A DNA stretch of 57,436 bases from Gemmatimonadaceae bacterium (GCA_044224875.1 JBGAJQ010000032.1:1-57436), one strand, 5' to 3'; shown: positions 20,721 through 31,567, counted from the first letter of the stretch. Notes: a model not told the origin generated them from the sequence alone. A program made the numbers and translations.

Positions 20721-20744
20721 GCTTCCCGCCGCATGCAAGTGGCG

Positions 20745-21611
20745 TTATCCCTTCGCTTCCTCGGCAATCACCTGCATGGCCACGGAGGTGAGGCGGTCGA
20801 GTTCCTCGTCGGAGGCTCGAGGCAGCAGCGTCTCCGCCCAGAGGTGGGACTCACTGGTGGCGTAACGCTGGAGTAGACGCTTCAGAAACGCCACCAGTGC
20901 AATTCGCTCGAGCTCAGCCTGTCGCTCGTGGGCCGTCCGGTCGCCGCTCGAGCGTTGGAGCGTCTCAAAGCGATGTGCATTGCGAAGTGCCTTTGCCGTC
21001 AACGAGGCAATCACCTCGCAGAATCGGATGTCGCGTTCCGTAAACGGGACTGACCCACGTTCGGTTCGGAGGAACACGGCGCCAATGACCGACGTTCGCC
21101 AGCGAATCGGAACGACCACGATTGAGCGCACACTTCGCTCGTCCAAGGCGAGGCGGGCGCGCTCGAGCAATGGGTCCGCAGACGCATCCGGAATGAACAC
21201 CGTGTGTCCGGAGTCAAAGGCGCGTCGCAGTTCGGGATAGCGATCCAGGTCCACCACGAGGTTCCGAAGGGACGGGTCCTCGTAGGTGGCTACCAGCCGA
21301 ACCTCCTCCTTGGCGCCGCCGGCCAGATAGATCGAACATCGATCCAATCCAAACATCTCACCCAGTTTGCGAGCGATGCGCTGCAAGATCTCCGAGAAAT
21401 GAAGCGTGGAGGAGATCTCCTGCAGAATGTCGACGACGGCGAGCAGCTGGTCGCGTTCGCGAGAGAGCTCCGCGAGCCGTTCCTGCAAACGTGTGAGTTC
21501 GTCCGTGCCTCCAGCTTCATCAAGTACGGCGACGTCTACAAACCCCATGGCTAACCCTACGGAGAAATGGTTTTCGGTCGCCGTCAGGGAGCCAGATTGT
21601 TCGTCTGGCAC
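20745..21611 (-). CDS. GAF-domain protein without an output domain
   Basis: Coiled coil followed by a GAF domain (DRCSIYL, SIVVVPI, IGAVFL, FTERDIRF, ALRNA); start may be ATG 21549. Confidence 0.8.
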   Translation of the reverse strand: MPDEQSGSLTATENHFSVGLAMGFVDVAVLDEAGGTDELTRLQERLAELSRERDQLLAVVDILQEISSTLHFSEILQRIARKLGEMFGLDRCSIYLAGGAKEEVRLVATYEDPSLRNLVVDLDRYPELRRAFDSGHTVFIPDASADPLLERARLALDERSVRSIVVVPIRWRTSVIGAVFLRTERGSVPFTERDIRFCEVIASLTAKALRNAHRFETLQRSSGDRTAHERQAELERIALVAFLKRLLQRYATSESHLWAETLLPRASDEELDRLTSVAMQVIAEEAKG

Positions 21612-21748
21612 TCGATGTCAGCGGCGGGTGTCTTGCGGCTTTTGCCACATGGCAGGATCACAAAGGCCGGGGGCCCCGCATCGTATAAACGCGCGAGGCC
21701 CCCTCTGGGTCATCTGTGCGGGCGACCACATTAGGGCCGTGACCCGCC

Positions 21749-22516
21749 CTACTTCAACTTGGCCAGTGCTTCCTTGGCTTGCCGCTTGTAGATGCCGTCA
21801 TTGACGTCCACCTGCGGCAGCGAGAGTACCGCCTCCAGCGCCTCCCGCGCCTTTGCCTTCTCGCCGACGTCGCGGTAAATCATGCCGAGATCGAGCCGGT
21901 GCGTGGGGCGCTTGGGATCAACTCGTACCGCGTGCTCCAGGTTCGAGACTGCGTCGTTCCAATTCGCCAGCCCAAACACCTTGCCACCTAGAACGTTCTT
22001 TGCAAAGAACCGCTCAAAACCGTTCAACCGCATGACCTCAGCGTTCCACATGCCGATGACGTGGAGCGCCCCAGGATGATCGGGGTCGAGCTTGAGCGCC
22101 GCGAGCGCCTGTTCGCGAATTTCCACGGCGTACTTGACCCGATCTCGCACGCCGACGTTGAGGGCGGCGCGGCCGAGCGCGCGGGCGAGATGGAAATGAG
22201 ACTCCGGATCGTCGGGTGCGACAGTGACCGCCTCTCGCGCGTACTTCTCCCCGAGCCGGAACAGCTCCGCACCTTGCTTCTTGTCAGCGGCCGCTTCGCC
22301 GAGGTCAACGGCGGAGAGGGAAGCCTTCTGCAAGGCCGTGACGTTCTTCGGTTCGAGCGCAAGCGCCGCCTCGAACTCCTTCAGCGCGGCGTCTGGATGA
22401 AAGGCCTCGTGCTCTCGATTGCCGGCCGCAATATGCTCCGAAGCGGATTGGGCGTGAGCGGTGGCTGCTGCGGTGAGCATGAGGACGGGCAGGATACGGC
22501 GTGCAAGGAACACCAC
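21749..22516 (-). CDS. Exported TPR-like protein
   Basis: GGAG RBS, GTG start, signal peptide AAATAHA|Q and multiple TPR-like helices. Confidence 0.8.
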   Translation of the reverse strand: MVFLARRILPVLMLTAAATAHAQSASEHIAAGNREHEAFHPDAALKEFEAALALEPKNVTALQKASLSAVDLGEAAADKKQGAELFRLGEKYAREAVTVAPDDPESHFHLARALGRAALNVGVRDRVKYAVEIREQALAALKLDPDHPGALHVIGMWNAEVMRLNGFERFFAKNVLGGKVFGLANWNDAVSNLEHAVRVDPKRPTHRLDLGMIYRDVGEKAKAREALEAVLSLPQVDVNDGIYKRQAKEALAKLK

Positions 22517-22605
22517 GTGACGACTCCATGGGTTGAACGGGAGGCGGGCGGAGCAGGCACCGGACTTTCCGTCAGGTCCGCAAGTTATACCCAGGATCGG
22601 CGATA

Positions 22606-23937
22606 GTGCTTGCATACCGATTGATCGAGCGTAAGCGCGACGGGGGTGTGTTGGCGCCGCACGAGATCCAGGAGCTCGCTGGCGCGTACGCGCGTGGCGA
22701 CATTCCGGACTACCAGATGGCCGCGTTGGTGATGGCGATCTACCTGCGCGGCCTGGACCGCAAGGAAACGGCGGCGTTGATGGACGCCATGTTGAAGAGT
22801 GGCGCCGAGCTGGACCTCGTACACCTGGCATCTCCCAAGATCGACAAGCACTCCACCGGTGGAGTTGGCGACAAGGTGTCCCTCGTGCTCGCGCCGCTCG
22901 TCGCCTCGCTAGGCGTCGTGGTTCCGATGATGTCGGGGCGGGGGCTTGCACACACCGGCGGGACGCTGGACAAGCTCGAGTCCATTCCGGGCTTTCGCAC
23001 GAGCCTGAGCCTCGCGGAGGCACAGGCGCAGCTGGAGCGCATCGGGTGCGCATTGCTCGGGCAATCGACGGAAATCGCTCCCGTGGATCGCAAGCTGTAC
23101 GCCCTGCGGGATGCCACGGCGACGGTCGAGAGCATACCGTTGATCGCCGCGTCGATCATGAGCAAGAAACTCGCCGAGGGACTGACCGGTCTGGTGCTCG
23201 ACATCAAGCGAGGATCCGGTTCCTTCCTTCCCGACCTGGAACGCGGGTTGGAGCTGGCGAATCTCATGATTTCGCTGGGTTCCGACCATGGTGTGCCGGT
23301 GGTGGCCCTCCTCACGGCGATGGATCGGCCGCTGGGGCGTGCCTGCGGCAACGCCTTGGAAGTCGAGGAGGCGATTCATGTGCTACGTGGCGAGGGACCG
23401 CCCGACCTGTTGCAGGTGACGTACGCGCTCGGGGCTGAGATGCTGGTGCTGGGTGGCGTCGCCACGGACACCGACGCCGCGCGCCGCATGATGGAGGTGG
23501 CGATTTCCTCGGGTCGGGCAGCGGACAAGTTCAAGGAGATCATCCAGGCGCAGGGGGGCGATCCGCGCGTTGTTGACGAACCGTCCCACCTGCCGCAGGC
23601 CGCCGAGTGCGAGCTGTACACCGCCCCGCGGAGTGGCATCGTGGCCCACGTGGAGCCACGCGCGATTGGGCGCGGCATCATTGCCCTGGGTGGAGGGCGC
23701 ACGCGCATGGAGGACACGGTCGACCACTCGGTCGGGTTCGTGATCTCGGCGCGTTCCGGAGACTATGTCCGTGTCGGCGAACCGTTGGCCACCGTGTTTG
23801 CCAAGGACATGGCGGGTGTTGCAGCTGGCATGGCCGCACTCAGTGAGGCCATCCTCATTGGCGAGGAGGCCGAGCTCCCGCTGCCGTTGATTTCACATCG
23901 CGTCACGGCCGCGGGAGTCGAACGCCTCGAGCAGTGA
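22606..23937 (+). CDS. pdp: Thymidine/pyrimidine-nucleoside phosphorylase
   Basis: DKHSTGGVGDK, SGRGLAHTGGTLDKLESIPG and SIMSKK. Confidence 0.95.
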   Translation: MLAYRLIERKRDGGVLAPHEIQELAGAYARGDIPDYQMAALVMAIYLRGLDRKETAALMDAMLKSGAELDLVHLASPKIDKHSTGGVGDKVSLVLAPLVASLGVVVPMMSGRGLAHTGGTLDKLESIPGFRTSLSLAEAQAQLERIGCALLGQSTEIAPVDRKLYALRDATATVESIPLIAASIMSKKLAEGLTGLVLDIKRGSGSFLPDLERGLELANLMISLGSDHGVPVVALLTAMDRPLGRACGNALEVEEAIHVLRGEGPPDLLQVTYALGAEMLVLGGVATDTDAARRMMEVAISSGRAADKFKEIIQAQGGDPRVVDEPSHLPQAAECELYTAPRSGIVAHVEPRAIGRGIIALGGGRTRMEDTVDHSVGFVISARSGDYVRVGEPLATVFAKDMAGVAAGMAALSEAILIGEEAELPLPLISHRVTAAGVERLEQ

Positions 23938-23941
23938 AGGG

Positions 23942-26900
23942 CTACATGATGCTGGCCTTCTTTGGCGGCGGCTGCAACAACGGGAGGTTGAGCTGCTGAA
24001 GGAGGGGATTGATGCGCTTGGTGGTGGCGTCGATCTGACGCTCCACCATGTCGATCACTGCCTGGGCATCCTGTCGCACGTTCCCCATGTACTCCTGTTG
24101 GCCCGGTATGATCGGTGTCAGTCCGTTGTCGACGGCGCCCATCAGCGACATGGCCCGTTCCAGCGGGCGCGGCCCCTCGGAATAGTACGGCACCTTGTCT
24201 GGCCGCGGACGTGTCAGCTGCAATCGAACGGAGTCCAGTTTCACGGATTCCTCGGTCGCGGCCTTTCGAAGTTCTGCGGCGGCGTCGCCCCGCGTCTCGG
24301 TGCCGGTCGTCGATCGTTCACCCAGTTGGCCCTTGAATGCGGAGAGACTGCGTTCGGTGTCGATCAGGTTGGCAATGACCGTATTCAGCCTTGTCGCCTG
24401 CTCAAACTGTTGCCGCAGCTCGGCCTCCGTCACCTTTGATGTTGGATCGATGCGAACGGTCAGTGGCTGTTCAGTGGATTCGCCGGCCACCGTCAGTCGC
24501 ACGACGAACGACCCAGGAAGCACCTGCGGGCCAACCGCGCGTGCGCGTCCATCGTTGCTCTCCACGGTGTCGAGTGGCATGTCGCTGAGACCCTTGGGGG
24601 GTTCCATCCGGAGATCCCACACCACGCGATTGAAGCCCGCGTCGGCCGAGGGTCGCTTGAGCCGGCGAATCACCGTCCCGTTCTGCAGCAGCTCCACCCG
24701 CAGCAGGGAGTCGGCGGCGGGCTTGTTCTTCAGCCAGTACGTGATGATCGCACCATACGCCGCGTTGGTGCCGCGAAACTGCTTGGAGCCATAGTTCCAC
24801 GACTGGTCGCCCTGGTTGTACCTGGTGGCCACTCGCGGCGGGAACAGGTGTGCCCGCTTCTCGGCGATCGTTGGGCTCATCTGCTGGAGCGCCGTCGCAT
24901 CATCGAGTACCCAGATGGCACGTCCGTGTGTGGCCAGCACGAGGTCGTTCTCGCGCGGGTGTACGAGCACCTCGTGCACGGCGACGGACGGGAAGTTCTT
25001 GCCTCGCAGCCGCGTCCAGTCGCCACCGCCGGTCCACGACACGAAGAGACCGAGCTCCGTGCCCGCGTAGAGGAGGCTGGGGTTCTTCGGGTCCTCGCGA
25101 ACGACCTGTACGTATGCGTTGGTCGGGAGATTTCCCGTGATGTTGGTCCACGTGCGGCCAAAATCGGTCGTCTTGTACACGTATGGCCGGAAGTCGTCCA
25201 TCATCCGGCGCTCGAACGATGCGTACGCCGTACCTGGCGCTGAGTGCGAGGATTCGATGCCCGAAACCACCGCGTCAGCTCCAACGCCCACGACATTGGC
25301 CGACACATTCGTCCAGCTGCGTCCATCGTCCTGGGTCAGTTGCAGGTTCCCATCGTCCGTTCCCGCCCAGATGACTCCTTTCTGCACGGGCGACTCGGAC
25401 AGCGAGTAAACGTTGCCGTAGTATTCGGCAACCGTGTTTTCCTTTAGCACCGGTCCGCCGGCGTTCCCTTGGCGCGACTTGTCGTTCTTTGACAAGTCCG
25501 GTGAAATCGCCGCCCATGTGCGTCCCCAGTCGGTGGAGCGGAAGACGATGTTTCCGGCAAAGTACACCACGCGTTTGTCGTGCGGCGACTGCACGATGGG
25601 AGCATTCCAGTTGAACCTCACGGCATTGGAATCGGCCGGATAGCCGTCCATGCGTTTCACTTGCGGGCTCGCTTCCCGCTGTTCGTACGTCTGCAGGTTG
25701 GTCGCCTGGATGCCACCGGCCTGGTAATCGCTGAGGAAGAGGTCGGGGTCGTCGGGATGCGACACCGCGTAGTACCCATCGCCATTCTGGATGAAACGCC
25801 AATCGCTCGACCAGATGAACGACCCACGGGTTCGCGTGGGTCCCGTCCAGACGCCATTGTCCTGCAACCCGCCGGCGACGTGGTAGAAGGGTTCCCGCAT
25901 GTCGTAGCTCAATTGGTAGAACTGGCCCGCCGGCAGGTTGCCAAACCACTCCCACGTCTTGCCCATGTCGTACGACACATTCAGTCCGCCATCGTCGCCC
26001 ATGAACATGCGCCGCGGGTTCGTGGGGTCGATCCATAGCGACTGGTGATCGCCGTGAAAATTCCCGGTCATGAGGTTGAACGTCTGCCCACCGTCAATCG
26101 ACAGGGAGAACGACATGCCTAACGTGTAAACGCGATTCTCATTGTTCGGGTCGACGCGCAGGTCGGCGTAGTAGAACCCGCGGCCAAGCGTGTTGGCATT
26201 GTCGCTCACCTTCTGCCAGGAATCTCCGTGATCGTCCGACCGAAACACGTATCCCTCGCGTGTTTCGGCCACGACGTACACGACGTTTGGCGATGACGGC
26301 GCTACCTTGATGCCGATGCGCCCCATGAGCTTGGGAAGCCCCTTGGTGAGCTTTGTCCACGACTTCCCGCCATCCACGGAACGGTACACCCCGCCAGCTT
26401 CATCTCCGGACCGGAACGTCCACTGTTTACGGTCAAAGTACCACAGGCCGGCATACAGGATGTTCGGGTTCTGCGGATCGATGTCGACGTCGGACGCGCC
26501 GTGTCGATCGTCGGTGTACAGCGACTTCTTCCACGTCTCTCCGCCATCCTCACTCATGAAGACGCCGCGTTCCTCGTTCGGCCCAAACGCGTGCCCGATG
26601 GCGGCCACGTACACTTTGCGCGGATCCTTGGGGTTGATCACGATGCGCGGAATGTGCCGCGTGTCCGAAAGGCCGAGGTGGCGCCACGACTTGCCGCCAT
26701 CCGTCGTCTTGAACACTCCCTGTCCGAACGAAACGCTATTCCGCACGTTGCCTTCGCCCGTTCCGACGTACAGCACTTCCGGATTTCCGGGCTCGGACGC
26801 GAGGTCGCCGATCGACTGGACGGGCTGCTTGTCAAAGATCGGCGTCCATGTCTGTCCGGCGTTGGTGCTCTTCCATACACCGCCCGACGCTGCGCCGGCA

Positions 26901-27148
26901 TACACTGTGGATGGATCCCCCGGCACGCCCTCCACGTCTGCAATTCGTCCTGACATGTTCGCCGGGCCGACGTTCCTGAAGGCCAGGTTGGCAAAGAGCG
27001 ACTCGGCGAGCGTTGGAGCCGCCACTGTCGGCGTCGCGGGCGCTGACCGCCGTCCTTGCGCGCCAGTCGTCGAGAGGGGCGCGCATACGGCCGCAGCCAA
27101 GAGAGTCAGGGCGATGCGGCGCGTTGCGCCGCGGATGGTATTTCGCAT
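23942..27148 (-). CDS. Secreted BNR/Asp-box (VPS10/sortilin-like) beta-propeller protein
   Basis: Signal peptide, GPANMSGRIAD, many S/T-x-D-G-G-x-T/S-W Asp-boxes and GGLQDNG; ATG at 27148. Confidence 0.88.
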   Translation of the reverse strand: MRNTIRGATRRIALTLLAAAVCAPLSTTGAQGRRSAPATPTVAAPTLAESLFANLAFRNVGPANMSGRIADVEGVPGDPSTVYAGAASGGVWKSTNAGQTWTPIFDKQPVQSIGDLASEPGNPEVLYVGTGEGNVRNSVSFGQGVFKTTDGGKSWRHLGLSDTRHIPRIVINPKDPRKVYVAAIGHAFGPNEERGVFMSEDGGETWKKSLYTDDRHGASDVDIDPQNPNILYAGLWYFDRKQWTFRSGDEAGGVYRSVDGGKSWTKLTKGLPKLMGRIGIKVAPSSPNVVYVVAETREGYVFRSDDHGDSWQKVSDNANTLGRGFYYADLRVDPNNENRVYTLGMSFSLSIDGGQTFNLMTGNFHGDHQSLWIDPTNPRRMFMGDDGGLNVSYDMGKTWEWFGNLPAGQFYQLSYDMREPFYHVAGGLQDNGVWTGPTRTRGSFIWSSDWRFIQNGDGYYAVSHPDDPDLFLSDYQAGGIQATNLQTYEQREASPQVKRMDGYPADSNAVRFNWNAPIVQSPHDKRVVYFAGNIVFRSTDWGRTWAAISPDLSKNDKSRQGNAGGPVLKENTVAEYYGNVYSLSESPVQKGVIWAGTDDGNLQLTQDDGRSWTNVSANVVGVGADAVVSGIESSHSAPGTAYASFERRMMDDFRPYVYKTTDFGRTWTNITGNLPTNAYVQVVREDPKNPSLLYAGTELGLFVSWTGGGDWTRLRGKNFPSVAVHEVLVHPRENDLVLATHGRAIWVLDDATALQQMSPTIAEKRAHLFPPRVATRYNQGDQSWNYGSKQFRGTNAAYGAIITYWLKNKPAADSLLRVELLQNGTVIRRLKRPSADAGFNRVVWDLRMEPPKGLSDMPLDTVESNDGRARAVGPQVLPGSFVVRLTVAGESTEQPLTVRIDPTSKVTEAELRQQFEQATRLNTVIANLIDTERSLSAFKGQLGERSTTGTETRGDAAAELRKAATEESVKLDSVRLQLTRPRPDKVPYYSEGPRPLERAMSLMGAVDNGLTPIIPGQQEYMGNVRQDAQAVIDMVERQIDATTKRINPLLQQLNLPLLQPPPKKASIM

Positions 27149-27323
27149 GTGCCGTACGCTCCGGACGGGTGATCGATGAAAGGTGCGGTGATCTGGTTCG
27201 CCAGGTCCGTGCCGAGCACGGCGCGGATCGTGTTCAGCCCCGGTGGAGGGACTTGCCAACGATCGACCGGCATCGCAGCATGTGAGTTCGGCAGGACGCC
27301 AACGCATATCCCGAGTCCAATCC

Positions 27324-27566
27324 ATGGAATTCACGATGAAGAAGTTTGCGCGCCTCGCTGCACTCGGCGCGTTAGGTGTCGCGGTCGGGTCCATCGCGCT
27401 GTACGTCGTGATTGCCGTGGGGTCGAGCCCGACTCGTCTCGGCGGCATCGATCGTACGCAGGCCGTCATCGCCTGGATTGGCGCCGCCATTCCGATTGCG
27501 GCGATTGCGGCCGTGCACCTGGTGTACGCTCGACATCTGTTTCGCTATGCCAAGGAGCATGCGTAG
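27324..27566 (+). CDS. Small two-TM membrane protein
   Basis: Two hydrophobic segments flanking GGIDRTQ; start 27324 or 27336. Confidence 0.65.
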   Translation: MEFTMKKFARLAALGALGVAVGSIALYVVIAVGSSPTRLGGIDRTQAVIAWIGAAIPIAAIAAVHLVYARHLFRYAKEHA

Positions 27567-27570
27567 GCGG

Positions 27571-29724
27571 TCACTCCAGCGGAGCCGCGCGCACGGCAGC
27601 TCGCACGGCACGTGTCACGGCGTTGATGCGGTCCACGAGGCGAAGGAGTTGATCCGCGGCGCGCGGCCAATCTCCTTCGTCGACCGCTTCGCGCACGCCC
27701 GGTAGCTCCAGCGCCGCGTAGGTGAACTTTGGTGCGTACAGGCTGTGCTTGAAGTACGGCCGGCCGGGAATCCCATCGGGAAGCAGCCATTGTTGTTCCA
27801 CCACGCGCATCGCCTCGTTGAGCGCTGCCGTACGTCGCGAGCTGGTGCTGCCGGCGTCGGCGGCGCGTCCGATGACGCGCTCGAGGTCCAACGCGGCGTC
27901 GGTGAACGAGAGGACGGCTCGATGGGCGGTGTCGAGGTCGAGGTGCCCGCGGACGCCCGGCAGGGTGTCCAGCGCGTTCACGAATCGCCCGACCCGGTCG
28001 GCATACGCGCGAAAGTCATACGGGAGGACGTCGGCGTTTGCCAGCCGCAACGCCATGCGCCCCCAGAGGTCCGCCATCGTCGTCATGTAGCGGAATCCCG
28101 GGTCGCCAAAGTGCGTCATCCAGTAGTAGTTGTCGTAAATCGAGTGGTAGACCCCATAGGGACCATCGAATCCGAAATCGACGATCGGAACACCAAGGAA
28201 ATTCAGGAAGACCGTGTAGTCAGAGCCGCTGCCTAACGTGTTCGTTGGCAGGTCCAGCGGGTTCGAAGATGCGCCCGATGCCTTGCGGTCCCGCTGCCAC
28301 GACTCGAGGACCGAACCCTGGCCGTTGGGGTCGGGCACATCACGCGCGGCGTCCACGATCAGCGGGTTCAAACTGGCGACACTCAATGCCCCAAAGCTCG
28401 ACCCACTGGTCGAGCCGTCGACGTTCAGGTACGCGATGGCGCCTCGCCGGAGCTCGTCGCCGAATTGCTCCCCCCATTCCGTGGAGCCCGTCAGGTGCCA
28501 CTCCTCGGCGTCCCAATTGGCGAGAACCAGTGTGCGCTTTGGACGATGACCCTCGCGAACCAGTTGCCCGATCACCCGTGCCAGTTCCATTTGTGTCGCC
28601 GTCGCACTGCTCGGATCGACCGCACCGTACACCCACGCGTCGTGGTGATTGCCCAGGACGACCAGCTTCTCCGGTTCTTCCGCGCCACGGATGCGAGCCT
28701 CCACGTCATAGATCGTCCGGCGCTTGCCGTCCATCTTGACGACCACACGCACCTTTGCCGGGCCAGCTCCAACGCGGTAGGTGAAGGGGAGGGCGCCTTG
28801 CCAGGCTGGCGGGGCGATCGGACCCGTCAGCTGCTTCAGGAGGGGAGTGGCGTCGCGCGCCGACAACGGGACCGCGATGATCTTCGGAATGGCGCGGGAC
28901 TCGCCTTCCTCGATCCGGCGGGCACCCTCCACGCTCGCCCAGCCGGGCGTCAGTGGGTCGCCCGGCGTGATGAAGTCGTAGGAAATCGCACCGCGTTGCA
29001 GATGGCTGGCCGGCCCCCACGGTCCATTGGGGAAGGTCAGTCCCCGCCGATATCCGTCCTCCTGCGGGTCCGAGTAAATCAGCATCGCCTTCAGTCCCCG
29101 CCGCTCAGCCGTCAACGCCTTGAATCCGCGGTAGCTGTACGGATTCGAATAGCGAACCAGTGCGATCTTTCCCTTCACGCTAATTCCCTGCGACTCCAGG
29201 TAATCGTAGTCCGAAGGGTTGCCACTGTTCGCGTAAATCAGCTCACCCGTGACGTCGCCGGACGCCGACATGCCAAGGTAGGTCGGACCGGCGTCGGCTC
29301 GAGTGTCCGGATCTACCGACACGACGTCTTCCTTGAGCGATGCCGTGAAGGACACGGGTGCAATCATGGAAACGCGCACTTCTTCCGGGAACGGCAACAG
29401 CACCGAGTAGGGGCGCAACTGGACGTCTTCCCACCCGTAACGCCTCAGCCGTTCAGCGATCTGCTCGGCGATCTTGCGATTGTTGGCGGTTCCCGCGGGG
29501 TGAGGGATAGCCGTGAATTCCCGGAAAGCGCGTCCCGTGGAGTCGCGGTTGAGCAATGCCGACAGTCGCCTTTCGACGTCACGCTGACGCCCCGCTGTCG
29601 CCTCGGCAAACCCGCGAAGGGGAGCCGTCACGTTAGGCGCCTGGGCACCCGCAAGTGGCCCGAACAGCGTTCCAAGCGTGGCACTGGTCAGCGACCAGCG
29701 ACGGGCCAATCGGCCAAGGCGCAT
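27571..29724 (-). CDS. M28 glutamate carboxypeptidase II/NAALADase-like peptidase (PA, M28 and TfR-dimer domains)
   Basis: GNHHDAW, GAVDPSS, WDAEE, GSTEW, GSGSDY, YHSIYD and RPYFKH; ATG at 29724. Confidence 0.92.
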   Translation of the reverse strand: MRLGRLARRWSLTSATLGTLFGPLAGAQAPNVTAPLRGFAEATAGRQRDVERRLSALLNRDSTGRAFREFTAIPHPAGTANNRKIAEQIAERLRRYGWEDVQLRPYSVLLPFPEEVRVSMIAPVSFTASLKEDVVSVDPDTRADAGPTYLGMSASGDVTGELIYANSGNPSDYDYLESQGISVKGKIALVRYSNPYSYRGFKALTAERRGLKAMLIYSDPQEDGYRRGLTFPNGPWGPASHLQRGAISYDFITPGDPLTPGWASVEGARRIEEGESRAIPKIIAVPLSARDATPLLKQLTGPIAPPAWQGALPFTYRVGAGPAKVRVVVKMDGKRRTIYDVEARIRGAEEPEKLVVLGNHHDAWVYGAVDPSSATATQMELARVIGQLVREGHRPKRTLVLANWDAEEWHLTGSTEWGEQFGDELRRGAIAYLNVDGSTSGSSFGALSVASLNPLIVDAARDVPDPNGQGSVLESWQRDRKASGASSNPLDLPTNTLGSGSDYTVFLNFLGVPIVDFGFDGPYGVYHSIYDNYYWMTHFGDPGFRYMTTMADLWGRMALRLANADVLPYDFRAYADRVGRFVNALDTLPGVRGHLDLDTAHRAVLSFTDAALDLERVIGRAADAGSTSSRRTAALNEAMRVVEQQWLLPDGIPGRPYFKHSLYAPKFTYAALELPGVREAVDEGDWPRAADQLLRLVDRINAVTRAVRAAVRAAPLE

Positions 29725-29761
29725 TGCGCGCGAAAGGCCGAGACAGCAAGCTGATCGCATC

Positions 29762-31567
29762 ATGTCGCCGAACCTACGCCAATTCCGCCAGCGTCGTAAG
29801 GCGCATCGTCTAAGCGTCGCGATCTTGACGATCACCACGTTCGCGGCGTGCGATCCGAAAGGGAATCCACGCCAATCGTCGCTGCTTTTCTCGGGCGGAA
29901 CGGTCCTGACATTCGACAGCCTCGAGTCAGTGACCAACGCCCTTCGCGTGGTAGATGGACGAATCGTCGATGTGCAGGATCTACAGGACTCGAACAGCGG
30001 CCGTACCGCGCTCGTGGACCTGCGCGGAGCCGTGATCGCGCCGGCACTCAGCGATCACCATGTCCATCTGTTCAACGTCGGGCTCACGCTCCTGAATGAT
30101 CGGGATCACGAGCGCCTGTTCGTCGATCTATCCAGCGCGCGTAGCCTGACCGACGTGTTCGAGAAGATCCGTTCGCGAGCGGCGCGTTCGCCAGCCGGCG
30201 CGTGGATCGTGGGTGCGGGTTGGAACCAGGTGGCGTGGGGGATGAGTGCCCTCCCGACGCGCGATACCCTCGATCGCGCCGCCCCCGACCATCCCGTGTA
30301 CCTGAGTCGATCAGATGGCCACGCCGGCTGGGTCAACACACGTGCGCTCGCGCTGGCACGCGTCGACGGCAAGACCGTTGCCCCTGACGGAGGGGCGATT
30401 GTGCGTGACGCGACAGGGACACCGACGGGGCTGCTGTTGGAACGTGCCAATGAGCGCATGGTTCCCCTAATCCCCGCAGTCGCCGATTCCGACGTCATCG
30501 CTGCATATCGACTTGGCGCAGAGGCGTTGGCCGCGCGTGGTGTCACGCGTGTGTACGACGCGGGCGTGCTCGCGCCTCCGGGAGTGGTCGCCTTGAACGC
30601 CCCATTCGAACACTTCCTCGCGCTGCTTCGTCGGGCCGATTCGCTCGCGCCGTTGCCGGTGGAGGTGAACCTGATGATTCCCGCGCCCAGTGCGCTCGCG
30701 GATTCGTTGCTCGCGTCGCCATCCCGAGAATGGGCGCTCACGCCGCGTATCCGGATCACCCACGTGAAACTGTTCGCCGATGGAGCACTCGGAAGTCGCG
30801 GAGCCGCCCTCTCCCATGCCTACGCCGATGACGCGAGCACAACAGGGGTGTTGCGGATGCCGTCGGATTCGATCGCGGCGATAGCGATTCGTGCGCTCGA
30901 CGCCGGGCTCGGCGCCGCAACGCACGCCATAGGAGACGAGGCGGTGCACCGCGCCCTGGACGCGTACGAGCAGATACTGAAGGTCAGGCCGAACACACCG
31001 CCCGGTCGCTTGCGCATCGAACACTTCTCGTACGTGCAGGAGGCCGACATAGCTCGCGCTTTACGGTCCGGTGTGGTCCTATCCATCCAAAGTGGATTCA
31101 ACAGCGGCGCGCACGACGATGCGCCCTTCGGCGCCACCCGCGTTGGAGCTGAGAATGAGCCGCGTGTGTACGCTTGGAGGCGACTGGCGCAGAGCGGAGC
31201 CCGGCTGGCCGAGGGATCAGACTACTTCACGCGACCCGGCCCAGCGCTCTATTCGTTCGAGGCAGCGCTCGTCAGGCGATATGCCGTCGCCTCGGGACTC
31301 GTGGATTCGGTGGCTCGAGTTCAGGCCTACCGCTTCGAGGCGCGATGGTTCAATGCGGACGGCGAGACGAGTGAGGAGTCCCTAACGAGTGGCAAGCCAG
31401 CGGACTTTGTCATCCTCAGCCGAAACCCACTGACCACGTCAATGGCAGACCTCGGCTCCATCCGCGTGTTGGCGACGATTCACAACGGTACCGCGACGTA
31501 CCTGTCACCCGAGGCCCCCGCGACGTTTGCGCCATTGGCCCGCGGGCTTCGCAAACGAGGGGCTTGA
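29762..31567 (+). CDS. YtcJ-like amidohydrolase
   Basis: DHHVH, DGHAGWVN, KLFADGALGSRGA, HAIGD, RIEH and GSD. Confidence 0.88.
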   Translation: MSPNLRQFRQRRKAHRLSVAILTITTFAACDPKGNPRQSSLLFSGGTVLTFDSLESVTNALRVVDGRIVDVQDLQDSNSGRTALVDLRGAVIAPALSDHHVHLFNVGLTLLNDRDHERLFVDLSSARSLTDVFEKIRSRAARSPAGAWIVGAGWNQVAWGMSALPTRDTLDRAAPDHPVYLSRSDGHAGWVNTRALALARVDGKTVAPDGGAIVRDATGTPTGLLLERANERMVPLIPAVADSDVIAAYRLGAEALAARGVTRVYDAGVLAPPGVVALNAPFEHFLALLRRADSLAPLPVEVNLMIPAPSALADSLLASPSREWALTPRIRITHVKLFADGALGSRGAALSHAYADDASTTGVLRMPSDSIAAIAIRALDAGLGAATHAIGDEAVHRALDAYEQILKVRPNTPPGRLRIEHFSYVQEADIARALRSGVVLSIQSGFNSGAHDDAPFGATRVGAENEPRVYAWRRLAQSGARLAEGSDYFTRPGPALYSFEAALVRRYAVASGLVDSVARVQAYRFEARWFNADGETSEESLTSGKPADFVILSRNPLTTSMADLGSIRVLATIHNGTATYLSPEAPATFAPLARGLRKRGA

